A DNA stretch of 53,187 nucleotides, filler included, from Trypethelium eluteriae (lineage: Eukaryota), in NCBI GenBank assembly GCA_051942245.1. It is 2 parts of 2 records of this genome, joined end to end, with 100 filler letters (N's around TTAATTAATTAA, not from the genome) between each part and the next. Parts side by side here need not be neighbours in the genome. Positions count along the whole stretch, not along the records: positions 1 to 26,549 come from JAVECL010000350.1; 1 more part is not named here. One strand, written 5' to 3'. The notes under the pieces are model-generated. The model was not told where the DNA came from, made no database searches, and saw only the letters and a program-made list of their open reading frames with translations. This document shows positions 1 to 12,242 of this stretch, piece after piece (position 1 is the first letter of the stretch; the number at the start of each line of letters is the position of its first letter). The position numbers and the translations under genes are program-made.

Positions 1-75
1 GATGAGGCGGACCAGGAGGGGGGTGAAGAGGGGAGTGAGGAAGGGGGAGATGGAGAGGCTGGCGAGTCGAAGCAT
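1..75 (-). CDS. 5' end of a gene running off the left edge (MLRLASLSISPFLTPLFTPLLVRLI...)
   Basis: ATG at 75 on the minus strand, open to position 1, preceded by a pyrimidine-rich 5'UTR-like tract. The peptide resembles a targeting presequence but is too short to identify. Confidence 0.35.
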   Translation of the reverse strand, partial: MLRLASLSISPFLTPLFTPLLVRLI

Positions 76-416
76 GGACGAAAAAAAGGAAATGAGAGAG
101 AGAAGAACGGAACTGTGGTGCACGAGCTCCGAGATGGTTCAGTGTATCGAGACGGGGTTTGAGTCTTCGTATGTGGTATCATCTAACCCAGTCGCGGACT
201 TGCGGCTTCACTGTAGGCATAGCGTTGAGCAGCTTACTGCAAGAATATGCCTAGTGGCATTATTATATATCCAGTTCAAATCTGAAATGCTTCTTTGATT
301 TATCGAAAATCATCGGATATACGCTACACCCTTGCCTTCCACTGTATTTCATTTTTTCGACACCTTCGCCGTGTCCCACAGCTCGTGTTCATGATCGATT
401 ACAATTAATACTGCCT

Positions 417-1266
417 CTAGGGCTTCTCGTAGATCCAGTCGTGCTGAGCGAGCTTGTAGGTCTGGATCTCTTCTGGCTTGAACCAGAGGGCGATTTCCTT
501 CTTGGCACTCTCGACCCCGTCGGAGCCGTGGCAGACATTTCGGCCGACGTCCTAAAGATACGCCATCAGTACCGTGTATCCCGAGCTCAAGCGATGAAGG
601 GTTGACGTACAATGGCGAAGTCACCACGGATGGTGCCAGGAGCGGAGGCGAGGGGGTTGGTTGCACCGAGGATAGAGCGACCAGTCTTGCATGCATCACG
701 GCCTTCCCAGACCATAGCGGCGACTGGACCGCTGCCCATGTCTGAACATGCCCGAATGATCAGTCAATCGAGAACAAAGAAATGCCAAAGTTTGAGGAGG
801 GAGGGAGGGAGAGGCATGGTAGGATGGGTCCGTACAGGTAATTAGGCCCTTGAAGAAAGGCTTGTCAGAGAGGTCTTCATAGTGCTTCTCGAGGTGCTCT
901 TTAGACGGGGTGACGAGCTTGATAGCGACAAGCTTGAAGCTGCGAAAATTCGTGAGCCTTTTTAGGGGAGCTTTGGGATGTTGTGGGCTGAGCATAAAAA
1001 TACCCTCGGTTTTCGAAACGCGAGATGATAGGGCCAATGAGGCCGCGCTGGATACGTCAGTATGCAATGATAGAGATCAATGTTAGAGGAAAGGATAGAA
1101 AAGCTCATAGCAGTCCCGAAGAGGAAAATTGAGAAGAGTAGACTAACCTGAACACCATCTGGCTTCACAGCAATGAAGCTGTTGAGACGAAATTTAGTTT
1201 TGACCACCACCAAAAGAGCGTAGTGGGGCAACGAGAGGTAGCTCACGTCTGCTCAGTGGCGGCCAT
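417..1266 (-). CDS. ndk1: Nucleoside diphosphate kinase, 6 exons (1266-1247, 1178-1148, 1047-1004, 939-836, 741-611, 551-417), 154 aa
   Basis: The spliced product reads [39 protein letters not shown]...[11 protein letters not shown]...[43 protein letters not shown]...WIYEKP*. The catalytic HGSD motif is present and all introns are GT-AG. Confidence 0.97.
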
Positions 1267-1742
1267 TTCTGCTTCCTTTTCTTTTTGCTGGGCGTTGTGA
1301 ATCTGTGTGAGGATTCCTCTGGTTTTGGCGTTGACCTTGCTAAAAATGGCAGGTTCGTATGGTTGCTGGTCAGAAGAATTGTTGGCCTCGGACATTGCTG
1401 GTCGGTGGGCAGAGGTGGCAGAATTGGCAGAACTGGCAGAATTGTCGGTGACGAGAACTGCTGCAGCTAGATTTAGTCTAAAACCAATTGAACCGCGGGG
1501 CACGAGAACGGAGCGGTGGAGAGGTCAAGGTCAAGAAGGTCAAGCCACACTCGGCGCTTGGCTGTGGCTGAAAGGTTGATCTGTTGTTTCAACTTCGACA
1601 CCATCGACCAACACTCGCCGAGCTCCAACTCAAAACGTCTCCTCCAATTCTCCTCGACACTGGAAGGAGGAGATCCTCTCTCATTCATACCGCTCTTACC
1701 TTTCTGCTTGCAATTGCATTTCTGTGATTGCATGGCACAATC

Positions 1743-4700
1743 ATGCGTTCTAGCAATGGTCCCTTCAATTGGACAGCTGTCTTCCTGTTTCTGAGCTGTC
1801 TTTACACTCTCTTTACACCGGCTTGTATGATTGACGCTTATGGTGTACGGATCTTCACAAGCTAATCAGATCCCGCAGTAACGGTCAAAAAGCAAGATTT
1901 CAAAACCTGCGATCAATCCGGGTTCTGTAAACGCAATCGCGCCTATGCAGATACTGCTATAAGCCAATCCTCATCCTGGACTTCACCCTACACTCTCGAC
2001 GCTCAGTCAATTGCCTTCAAAGGTGGCCAGCTGACCGGGATTGTCCTAAAAAATCTCCCTCAAAGCGGAGAAAATCTCCGTCTACCTCTAACAATCAATT
2101 TTCTCGAGTCCGGTCTTGCTCGCGTGTCTATTGACGAAGAAAAGCGTCAGAAAGGAGAAATTGAGTTACGTCATGGCAGCAAAGCCCGTAAGGAACGGTA
2201 CAATGAGGCAGAGAAATGGGCTATAGTGGGAGGACAACAACTCAGTAAGGGGGCAGCAGTGAGCAAGGACTCAGAAGAGGGGACGACAAAAGTTCTGTAC
2301 GGTCCAGCAAGTGGATATGAAGCTATCATTCGGCATAGACCATTCGTTATTGACTTCAAACGTGATGGAGAGACTCACATTCAATTCAATGAGCGTGGAT
2401 TGCTAAATGTTGAACACTGGCGACCAAAGATTGAGAAGGAGCCACCGAAAGAAGGGGAAGAAAATAAAGCTGAAGAGGAACAAAAGATTGTCGACCCCGC
2501 CGAAGATGAGAGCACCTGGTGGGAAGAGACTTTTGGCGGAAACACCGACTCGAAGCCTAAGGGTCCTGAGAGCGTGGCACTCGACGTCTCTTTTCCAGGA
2601 TATGAACACGTTTATGGCGTACCAGAACACACTGGACCACTGTCTCTTTTGCAGACCCGAGGTGGTGAAGGCAATCACGACGATCCCTACAGACTATATA
2701 ACTCTGATGTCTTCGAATATGAAATGGACAGCCCCATGACACTATATGGAGCCATTCCATTCATGCAAGCTCATAGGGCTGGTTCCACTGTCGGTGTTCT
2801 ATGGCTTAATGCGGCGGAGACTTGGATTGATATCGTCAAATCCAAACTCTCTGCGAACCCTTTAAGTCTTGGCATTAAGGGCACGACGACCACACAAACT
2901 CACTGGTTCTCTGAAGCTGGTATTCTCGATGTATTTGTCTTTCTGGGACCTACACCACAAGCAATCTCCAAATCCTACGGCGAGCTCACAGGATATACGC
3001 AGCTCCCACAACAGTTTGCCATTGCCTATCACCAATGTCGTTGGAACTACGTCACCGATGAAGACGTCAAAGACGTTGACCGCAAGTTCGACAAGCATAG
3101 CATTCCCTACGATGTCATCTGGCTTGATATTGAGTACACCGAGGAAAAGAAATATTTCACTTGGGATGGTATGACCTTCCCTGATCCGCTTGGGATGCAG
3201 AAGCAACTCGATGAACATGAACGCAAACTCGTCGCCATCATCGATCCACACATCAAGAACACGGCCAACTACTGGGTCAAGGACGAGCTCGTCTCCAAAG
3301 ATCTCGCCATCAAGAACAAAGACGGCAACATCTGGGACGGCTGGTGCTGGCCCGGCTCCTCCTACTGGGTCGACTGTTTCAACCCCGCCGCCATCGAATG
3401 GTGGAAATCGCTCTTCACCTACGACCGCTTCAAAGGCTCCGCGCGCAACCTCTTCATCTGGAACGACATGAACGAGCCATCCGTCTTCAACGGGCCCGAG
3501 ACCACGTCCCCGAAAGACAACATGCACCACGGCAACTGGGAGCACCGCGACCTGCACAACATCAACGGCCTCACCTTCGTCAACGCCACCTACGCCGCGA
3601 CACTGCAACGCTCGAAATCCGAAGCGCCGCAACGTCCCTTCATCCTCACGCGCAGCTTCTACGCCGGCTCGCAGCGCATGGGCGCCATGTGGACGGGCGA
3701 CAACCAGGCCCTGTGGTCGCACCTCAAAGCCTCCCTCCCCATGGTCCTCAACAACGGCGTCTCGGGCTTTCCGTTCGCGGGCGCCGACGTCGGCGGCTTC
3801 TTCGGCAACCCGGAGAAGGACCTCCTGGTGCGCTGGTACCAGGCGGGCGCCTTCTACCCGTTCTTCCGCGCCCATGCGCATATTGATACGAGGAGGCGCG
3901 AGCCGTATCTAGCGGGGAGCCCGTATCGTGAGATTATCACAAAGGCGTTGAGGCTGAGGTATGCGCTGCTGCCCAGCTGGTATACGGCGTTTCGCGAGGC
4001 GCATACCGAGGGCTGGCCGATTGTGAGGCCGAATTGGTGGGTTCATCCGAGTGATCCGGCGGGATTTGCGCTCGATAAGCAGATGTATTTGGGGAGTACG
4101 GGGTTGTTGGTTGCGCCGGTGCTGGAGGAGGGCGCGACGAGCGTGGACGTCTATCTTGCGGATGAGACGCCGTATTATGACTACTGGGACTTTGAGCTCG
4201 TCAAGGGGCGTGGGATGCATACGCTGGATGCACCGCTGGAGAAGCTCCCGCTGCTGATGCGCGCTGGGCATGTCTTTCCGAGGCGGGATCGCCCACGGAG
4301 GAGCAGTGGGCTCATGCGGTATGACCCGTTCACGCTCGTTGTGGTGCTGGGAACCGATGCACAAGGGGCGGAGGGAACGCTGTACCTCGACGACGGCGAG
4401 TCATTCGATTATGAGCAGGGGGCTTTTATCCATCGGAAGTTTACGTATGATGCTGCCACACAAATCCTACGATCGGAGGATATCGGCGAAAAGGGCAAGA
4501 AGAGCGACGCGTACGCGATGAGTATGCAGGGAGTGAGAGTGGAGCGGGTGATTGTAGTAGGGGCGCCGGCAGAGTGGAAGGGGAAGGAAGAGGTGGATGT
4601 GGCGGAAGAGGGAGCGAAGGCAAGTGCTGGGACGAGAAAGGTGGATTGTGTATTCCATGAGGCGAGTGGGAAAAAAGCAGCATGGGCGGTGGTACGAGAT

Positions 4701-4772
4701 CCAAGGGTGGAAATTGGAAAGGGTTGGAAGATTGATTTTTCGAGTGGGGCCAGGGACAAGAAAGAATTGTAA
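1743..4772 (+). CDS. gls2: ER glucosidase II alpha subunit (GH31); exon 1 1743-1824, intron 1825-1878, exon 2 1879-4772
   Basis: A signal peptide is followed by VKKQDFKTCDQSGFCKRNR. GH31 motifs WLDIEY, IWNDMNEPSVFNGPE, WTGDN and YPFFRAHAH are present, and the C-terminal KKEL resembles an ER-retention signal. Confidence 0.96.
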
Positions 4773-5332
4773 GTTTATATGAGTGGGATAGAAGAGTCTC
4801 AGGGATGCCGAGTACGAATACCGAAGGGGGTAGGTCCGTCTTAGTGTCGTCGACCCAAGCATAGCTAAATGAATCATGTACAACCCTTCAACCGGTGCTG
4901 ATGGAGAGGTCCGAGTTGCAATGGGACACCCAAAGACAGAATTCAATAATAGTTGTGAGAGTGCCATAGTCCCAGCGAGCGTTGGTTTCGTAATTACGAG
5001 TGAAGCTGTCACTCTACACTTCGACGGACATATAAGATGATAGTCTGCAAGCGTTGAACAAGGTAAACATGATGCAATGTGATATATGATCGACTGCCTG
5101 TGTATGTCGGAGCGTGAAATCGGGATCCCACTTGCGGAATGTGTGGCGCTTCTAAGTCCGATGTCATTAAACAAGCTGTTCCTGCACAAGGAGATGTTAT
5201 AAAGTCTTTCGAACTTTGAGTGACCGCCTCAGAAAATACGATATGCGATGTATTGCGAAGGCCGACAGCTGTTTGTGGGCGAGATGCTGGCCTCTGCAAT
5301 CGCATATAATTAGTTCTTGGAACAATATATAT

Positions 5333-5830
5333 TCATTCCTTGTTATCTACTGTATGCTCCTCGCCTGGTTTCGATGGATACAGAATTTCAAACCGCTCAC
5401 ATAGCACAACACTGTCTTCCCCAAACACCTCACCATTTTTTTCCCCATATCTTCCATACCAATAAAAATGGTTCTTCCGATATTGCTCAAATGTCCCCTC
5501 ACCCTCTGCTAATCCAAAATCCTCATCCACATCCCTGAACTTGCAAGTCTTCAATTCTGTCGTCCTCATCAATGCCGAAGGCTTTCCCGCGCCGTTCAGG
5601 ATGATTGAGAGGTCGCCGACGTCCCAATGTCGCGGCGAAGGGACAGGCCAGGACGTAGTAGCTGTCTTTTTACCCTGAATTGCGAGGGAAAGAAGTTCAT
5701 CGGAGACATGGGGCTTGTCTTCGCCGAAATCGAAGACATCTTTGGGTTTGGGGAACTCCCTGCCCAGATATTGAGAAACTGATTTCATGAAAGCGACGAT
5801 CTCGGGACCTTCTAGGGGGAAGCGAGACAT
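5333..5830 (-). CDS. ASCH domain protein (PUA-like), intronless, ~165 aa
   Basis: Contains DELLSLAIQGKKTATTS...GDLSIILNGAGKP..LMRTT...FRDVDEDFGLAEGEGT....RKNH...VLCERF, the ASCH pattern GKKTAT...EGEG. The ATG at 5830 is preferred over the TTG at 5932. Confidence 0.85.
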   Translation of the reverse strand: MSRFPLEGPEIVAFMKSVSQYLGREFPKPKDVFDFGEDKPHVSDELLSLAIQGKKTATTSWPVPSPRHWDVGDLSIILNGAGKPSALMRTTELKTCKFRDVDEDFGLAEGEGTFEQYRKNHFYWYGRYGEKNGEVFGEDSVVLCERFEILYPSKPGEEHTVDNKE

Positions 5831-6590
5831 GATCGGAGTGAAGAACGTGCAGGAGGAGTCGAAAATTGCCTGTAGAATGACCTTATCCTGTTCGTCAGGA
5901 CGAAGGCGCGTATGTACGATACCTTTTGTCAAGCTATCGAAAATAAAGATCGCATCTTCATTGCTAGAAGCTGCTTATGGATGAAAAGTCTCGCCATTGT
6001 GGCTTGCCAAGGAAAAGGTTATTTAGGCTGCTGTCGCTTGTTCCAAGTACAATAACCACTTTCACCTCCGACTCTGGGTATTGTATACAATTTTCGCACG
6101 CCATGTATTAGACTAATGATCTGTGAGGTCAATTGTACTCACTTTATTACTTCCTATACCGCTCGGAAAAGAGTCAGCTTTAGCTTGGTAGGAGCAGAAC
6201 CGTTCCTACGTTCGTCTGCCCCTTTTCTCGCCACACCGCGTTTTTCCTGAGTCAGCCACTCACGAAACAGCCACAGGGCCCCAAATCTTTGTACTTACCT
6301 ATATTTTAATTCATGAATGCCATCTAGGTTGTTGCTCTAACAAAGACCACCATAAAGTGTACAAGCGTGAATTAGGTCAGCAGATTTAGAATTAAGTACA
6401 GAAGCGCCGCAATCGGGGGTTGTTCTATCGAACGTGTACGGTATCTAGTTTGAGAAAATACCACAAGCGTTTGAGTTTAAAAAAGAAAGAACGGTACATA
6501 GACAGTATACACTCTTTCGGTAGTCACAATCGGGGTTCAAAACACCAATGGACCGCTATTAAGACGATCGGCTCGCTTGTGAAGTAGGTA

Positions 6591-7005
6591 CAGTAGTTAT
6601 TCGATATTACGTAATTCTATATAGCGAAATATGCGATACAACGAAAAATTTTCAGATTCTTAGCAAATTTGTATGGGAATAACGAATTTATTTGATACTC
6701 AGAATTTTGTTATTTTCAGCCCAAATTTCGCTATATTAAATACAAATCCTGGTGTTTTTGATATAATTAGGCCTGTTTTGGCAGCTCAGCCCTACCTCTT
6801 ACGTATTAGTAAGGCATAAAACTAGCCTTAAAATATCTAGTGCTGCTTTAGTGTAGTCAGCTAATCTCAGCTACTTCCTGCACCTGCGATACTAAGCCTA
6901 ATTAGGAAGCCCTACCAATCACGTATCAATTCGCTACTACGAATTATTCGCTATCACGTACGTAGGGGGGCCGGATTTTTGATACGTTATATCGAATAAC
7001 TACTG
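6591..7005. mobile_element. Non-autonomous Tc1/mariner-pogo-type MITE, 415 bp
   Basis: Terminal inverted repeats CAGTAGTTATTCGATAT(T/A)ACGTA match at 22 of 23 positions. TA lies on both flanks (6589-6590, 7006-7007). The interior is AT-rich with no ORF. Confidence 0.85.
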
Positions 7006-7465
7006 TACGTTAAGGTAGCCAAAATAGTAGCTGACTAGGTGGGTTAGGTAGTCTTGGCGCAAAGCTTAAGGTACCTCTAGTCAACCGAATTTAGTAGTGG
7101 TCTGCCGACCTGTACACTCGATAACCAGGACACGGACGCGCTCCTCTATACTAGCCTGGAAATGCTTCACACGCACCGGTAGCACTCTCGAGGGGGTCCC
7201 GAAGTGCATGCACCAACATCTTAGCTGTTGGATTTGGTGTTGAGTCATAGCACAACGGAGCGTAGAGTCATGGCGCTCTCTACCGCACACGCGACTCTCA
7301 ACTTTCCCCTGGCAGCACAGAGCGCAACGGTTGCACTCCGACAGCTCCTCCAACTACTTTTGCCGCATGCAGCTGTGAGCGTTGAGTGCGACTCCGAAAG
7401 CAAGTTTGCTCGGGCAACCACCAGACCATCGAGCACTGCAGCAATTCCGCCCTTACTTAGGCAAG

Positions 7466-10400
7466 ATGGCGCTGAATGCGGCATCACATAGCGTCATCGT
7501 ATGTTCAATCACTACCAGTGCTCCTATCTCATCTGTCTTGGGTTTCATATCTAAAATTTCGATTTCTCTAGAGCAACAAAGCCGCACCTATCAACCCCGC
7601 AACCCCTCCTGTTGACTCCGACACCAATTCCGTCCTTGCCTCCATCAATGCCGATCCCACAGGCCAAAATGCGCCCGGCCGCGATGGTGGTGGGAAGGGC
7701 ATAGACAGGAAGGTAAAGACCGAGAAGGAGCTCGAGAAGGAGCGGAAGAAAGCAGAAAAAGATGCCAAGTTTAAGACGAAAAAGGCAGCGCAAGCTGTAG
7801 CAAGCGGCGACAAGGGCGGTGAGAAGAAAGGAAAAAAGAAGGTCGACGAGGAGCAGCTTGGTGAATACGTTGAGGAGACCAAGAAAGGCGGGAAGAAGAT
7901 CCTTAAGCCACTGGACAGTAGTCCCTTCACCAAGGCGTATGTCCCAAAGGTCGTAGAGTCTGCTTGGAACGACTGGTAGGACAAAGAAGGCTTCTACAGA
8001 CCCGAGTACAATGTTGAGCATCGCAGCGAACTTGCCAAGAAGAAGGGTAATTTCACAATACCCATTCCCCCACCCAACGTCACCGGGAAACTTCACTGTG
8101 GCCACGCGCTCGCCACTGCGCTCCAAGACGTTCTTATCCGATGGCATCGTATGCAAGGCTACCAGACCCTTTACCTCCCGGGTTGCGATCATGCCGGTAT
8201 CTCTACCCAATCCGTCGTAGAGAAAATGCTTTGGCGCCGCCAGAAGAAGACACGATATGATCTTGGTCGACCGAAGTTCTTGGAGACGGTCATGGAGTGG
8301 AAGAACGATCATCACGACTGGATTGTGTCTGTGTTAAAGCGCATGGGTGGCTCGTTTGACTGGACGAGGGAGGCCTTTACGATGGATGAGAATTTATCGA
8401 CCGCTGTTATAGAGACTTTCGTTTGGCTACACGAGGAAGGACTTATATATCGGTCAAACCGGCTAGTCAACTGGTGTACGCAGCTGAACACTGCCTTGTC
8501 AAATCTTGAAGTCGACAACAAGGAAATTTCTGGCCGTACTCTGCTTGATGTTCCCGGCTATGAGCGCAAGGTCGAGTTTGGTGTTCTCACGTCTTTCAAA
8601 TACCCGATCGACGGCAAGAAGGGCGAGTATATCACCGTCGCAACAACCAGACCGGAAACGATGCTCGGTGATACTGCGATCGCTGTCCACCCTAATGATG
8701 ATCGATACAAGCACCTCATTAAGACCGGTGCTAAGGCGAAACATCCCTTCCTCGACAGGCTCCTACCTATCATCGCCGATAACTATGTTGACTCAGCGTT
8801 TGGTACGGGTGCCGTTAAGATTACACCTGCTCACGACCCCAACGATTTCGCCATCGGAAAACGCCACAATCTCGAGTTCATCAATATTCTGACAGATGAT
8901 GGCTGCCTCAATCACAATGGAGGCCCCTTCAAAGGTCAAAAGCGCTTCGATGCAAGATCTTCTGTTGTTGACAAACTGATGGAACTGGGGCTCTTTGTTA
9001 AGAAGGAGGATAACGCGATGAAAATTCCTCTGTGCAACAAGTGTGGGGATATTATCGAACCCCTCCAGAAGCCTCAATGGTGGATGAAAATGAAGGAGCT
9101 GAGTAAGCCCGCTATTCAAGTTGTCAAGGACGGCGAGATTAAGATACGGCCGGAGACCTCTGAGCGTGCGTATTACCAATGGATGGGGAACATTAACGAT
9201 TGGTGCCTGTCTAGACAGCTCTGGTGGGGTCACCAAATCCCAGCTTACTTTGTCAGGATCCAGGGCAGAGACGATGATTCTTCCGACAACGAGCTTTGGG
9301 TTACTGGACGTACTTTAGAAGAGGCTACAAAGAAGGCTGAAGATAAGTTCCAGGGGGAAAAGTTCACCCTCGAACGGGACGAGGATGTTCTCGACACTTG
9401 GTTTAGCTCGGGCCTATGGCCTTTTAGTACTCTTGGGTGGCCAAAGGAAACAAATAATTTGGAAGAGTTTTTTCCTACCTCTGTTCTGGAGACTGGCTGG
9501 GATATTTTGCCATTTTGGGTTGCCCGGATGATTTTCCTCAGTTTGAAGTTGACAGGAAAGATTCCTTTTAAGGAAGTATATTGTCACTCCTTCATCCGTG
9601 ATTCTGAAGGCCGTAAAATGAGCAAGTCCCTCGGTAACGTTGTTGATCCTATCGATATTATGACGGGTATCAGCCTCCAGGAACTTAAGGATAAGTTACG
9701 CATTGGCAACCTCGATCCTAAAGAGCTTAAAACCGCCGAGAAGTATCAGAATACTGCGTTCCCGCAGGGAATTCCCCAATGTGGCGCCGATGCACTGCGC
9801 ATGGCTCTCTGCGCCTACACAACTGGAGGTGGGGATATCTCGTTTGACATTAGCGTCATCCACGGCTATCGCAAATTCTGTAACAAAATCTACCAAGCGA
9901 CCAAGTACGTCCTCGGGAGGTTAGGCGAATTCACGCCGAGCAACACGGTTCAGAAGACGGGCAAAGAGAGCTTGTCTGAGCGGTGGATATTGCACAAGCT
10001 GGCAACCGCGTCGAAAGAGACCAACGAGCATTTGACGGTGAGGGATTTCTCTTTGGCCACTCAAGTTGGCTACAAATACTTCTTGAATAACCTCTGCGAT
10101 GTTTTCATCGAGAACTCGAAAGCGATCCTGGAACATGGCAGCGCCGAACAGAAGGAGAGCGCCAAACAAACTCTTTACACTGCACTCGAAGGCGGTCTCC
10201 TTTTACTCCACCCTTTTATGCCATTCTTGACGGAGGAGCTCTTCCAACGCATTCCTCGCCGTCAAGACGATAGGACCCCGTCGATCACCGTAGCCAACTT
10301 CCCAGAATTCGCCACCCTCAAGGTCTTCCATAATCCGTGGGCCGAGAAGGAGTACGACTTGCTCGTCGATGTCTCAAAGGGTCTTCGCTCTCTCACGGCC

Positions 10401-10838
10401 GAGTACGCAATCAAAGACTCCGCGCAAACCTTCGTCCACCCGCTAGACGACACCACCCACTCCATCCTCCAAGCTCCGACTTCCCGCTCCTCGATTCTCT
10501 CTCTAAGCGGCAAGGCCATCAGCTCGCTCACTCTTCTCGCCCCCTCCGACCCCTCCCCCACCGGCTCCGCAGTGTACACCGTCGGCACGTCGGCAACCGT
10601 GTACCTCGACATCAAGGGCCGGATCGACATCGACAAGGAGATTGTGAAAGCGAAGGATCGACTCAAGAAGGCGAACGAAACGGTCGAGAGACAGCGCAAG
10701 ATCATGGACGAGAGTTGGAAGGCGAAGGTTAGTGAGGCTGTCAAAGAAACGGAGCGGGAGAGGTTGCGCGTGGCGGAGCTAGAGAGCGGCAATTTCGGAA
10801 AGAGTATTACGCAGTTTGAAAATTTGAAGATTGCATAG
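7466..10838 (+). pseudogene. VAS1: Valyl-tRNA synthetase with in-frame TAG at 7977-7979 (exon 1 7466-7498, intron 7499-7571, exon 2 7572-10838)
   Basis: Motifs PPPNVTGKLHCGH (HIGH), GCDHAGISTQ, ATTRPETMLGD, DWCLSRQLWWGH, DVLDTWFSSGLWP and RKMSKSLGN are present. The frame is interrupted at ESAWNDW*DKEG, upstream of the HIGH motif. ValRS identity is secure; pseudogene status is less certain. Confidence 0.85.
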
Positions 10839-12242
10839 AGTTTCGGGAAGGGGTATTTAGAAGATTGTAATTGGGGGCAGCCAGGGTGGAGGTTTATACA
10901 TATAGCCCGTTTCGCACATGTGGAACAGACGAGAGGTAACAGTTCGAATTGATGGTTGCTTATCGGGAGTGAACTAAGGTATTCCCCAACTAATCGGGCA
11001 AGAGAGCTTAGGGTCTCAGGCACAGAAGGCTCTGTAAGGGATTTTTTCAGAGGTAGAGTAATGGCTGGATCAATATCGCAAACTCCGTGAAAATGGTAGC
11101 CCCAATAGCTCCCAAGCTTAATTCTCTCTCGGAAACCCATGAAATGGGCCGACGATCCGCAAGGTCAGTAATACTCATTTCCTGACTCTGCATACTGCTC
11201 AGGAAAAGAGACAGTCTTGACTCTCCGGATCAGAATTAGGTATCGGACATTGGCGTCTTCGCATCTCAACACCTATTACACTTCCCGCAACGCTTCAAGT
11301 TCCAAGACAGGATAAGAATAACGAAATCAAGAATCATTAAATTCTACCCGCACACGTATAGTATATTATAAAGTCTCATAATTGGTCGAAAGAGAAGTTG
11401 TGTAGACCTAGTTGAGGGTGAGTGCGGAGGTGTCAATTGCTGATACGATACTTAATTTTGACCCTGAGAGGCTGGACAGTCCGCCCCTAGAGTAGCAGTT
11501 TACTGGGTCACCGTTCATTATATACGAAATCATAAAGAGAAGTCTGGACGGGAACCTTAGGTGCTTACCAGGTGAACGGCTAGGTACCCTGGAAGGGGCT
11601 GACTCAGCGCCTGGACTTACGATAGGGTACTACGTGTAGGTACCTAGCCTAGGTAGATAGTCAGTAAAGCATACCTTACCTTACCCTACCTCTTGATCAG
11701 AGCAGACACGAAATTCAAAACGATACGGAAAGACACTTCTTGATAAAGTTCATAGTCACCAGCCTATAGCAGGAACGAATCGGCAGCCCTCGCTGTGAGT
11801 AGTGGCAACATTATGCGATCAAGTGCCAACTCATTTGCTGCTATAACTGCTCACTAGTTTCTCACAGCCGTCCACTAGGGGGTGGAGAAATGAGTGTCTG
11901 CCAATAGTCGTATGTTAAAACATCAATAGTCGTGAGTTGACAGGGTCTATAGGTTGCATCATCCGTGAGTTGATGCGGAAAAGGGGTAGAGTAGCTCTTG
12001 TGCGGAGGGGTTAACAGGCTGCCCGACATCTGTTTCTTCAACCCCTGGTGCGTCAATACGCATGCTTGCATGGCTACTGTATGGCCAGCAGCCATAAGGC
12101 AACGAGCAGCTAGGTCCCCGTCCATACAGTTGCCAGCAGGGCATAAGCTGAGGGACTGTACTAATAAATAGGAAGATGTAGCCTCTCCTCGCGCACTTCA
12201 TCTTTTGCTTCGTTTCTACACCTATCACGGATCATAATCAGG

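Noticed and set aside
2862..3881. 339-aa minus-strand ORF and other long ORFs overlapping gls2
   Set aside because: Antisense shadows caused by strong GC3 codon bias in the glucosidase gene; no motifs of their own.
3200..4772. Switch from C-rich to G-rich sequence within gls2 as a sign of chimerism
   Set aside because: The same C-to-G third-position gradient appears at the ends of ValRS and other genes here, and the protein is continuous.
6350..6560. Short repeated words (ACAAGCG, CAATCGGGG) suggesting a structured RNA or array
   Set aside because: Too short and irregular; no tRNA, snoRNA or regular repeat-spacer pattern could be built.
8151..10838. 895-aa ORF as a complete ValRS
   Set aside because: It starts downstream of the HIGH motif. 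The true frame extends to 7572 plus exon 1 and is broken by TAG 7977.
10262..11140. 292-aa minus-strand ORF
   Set aside because: Mostly antisense to the ValRS 3' end; the non-overlapping part has no recognisable motif.
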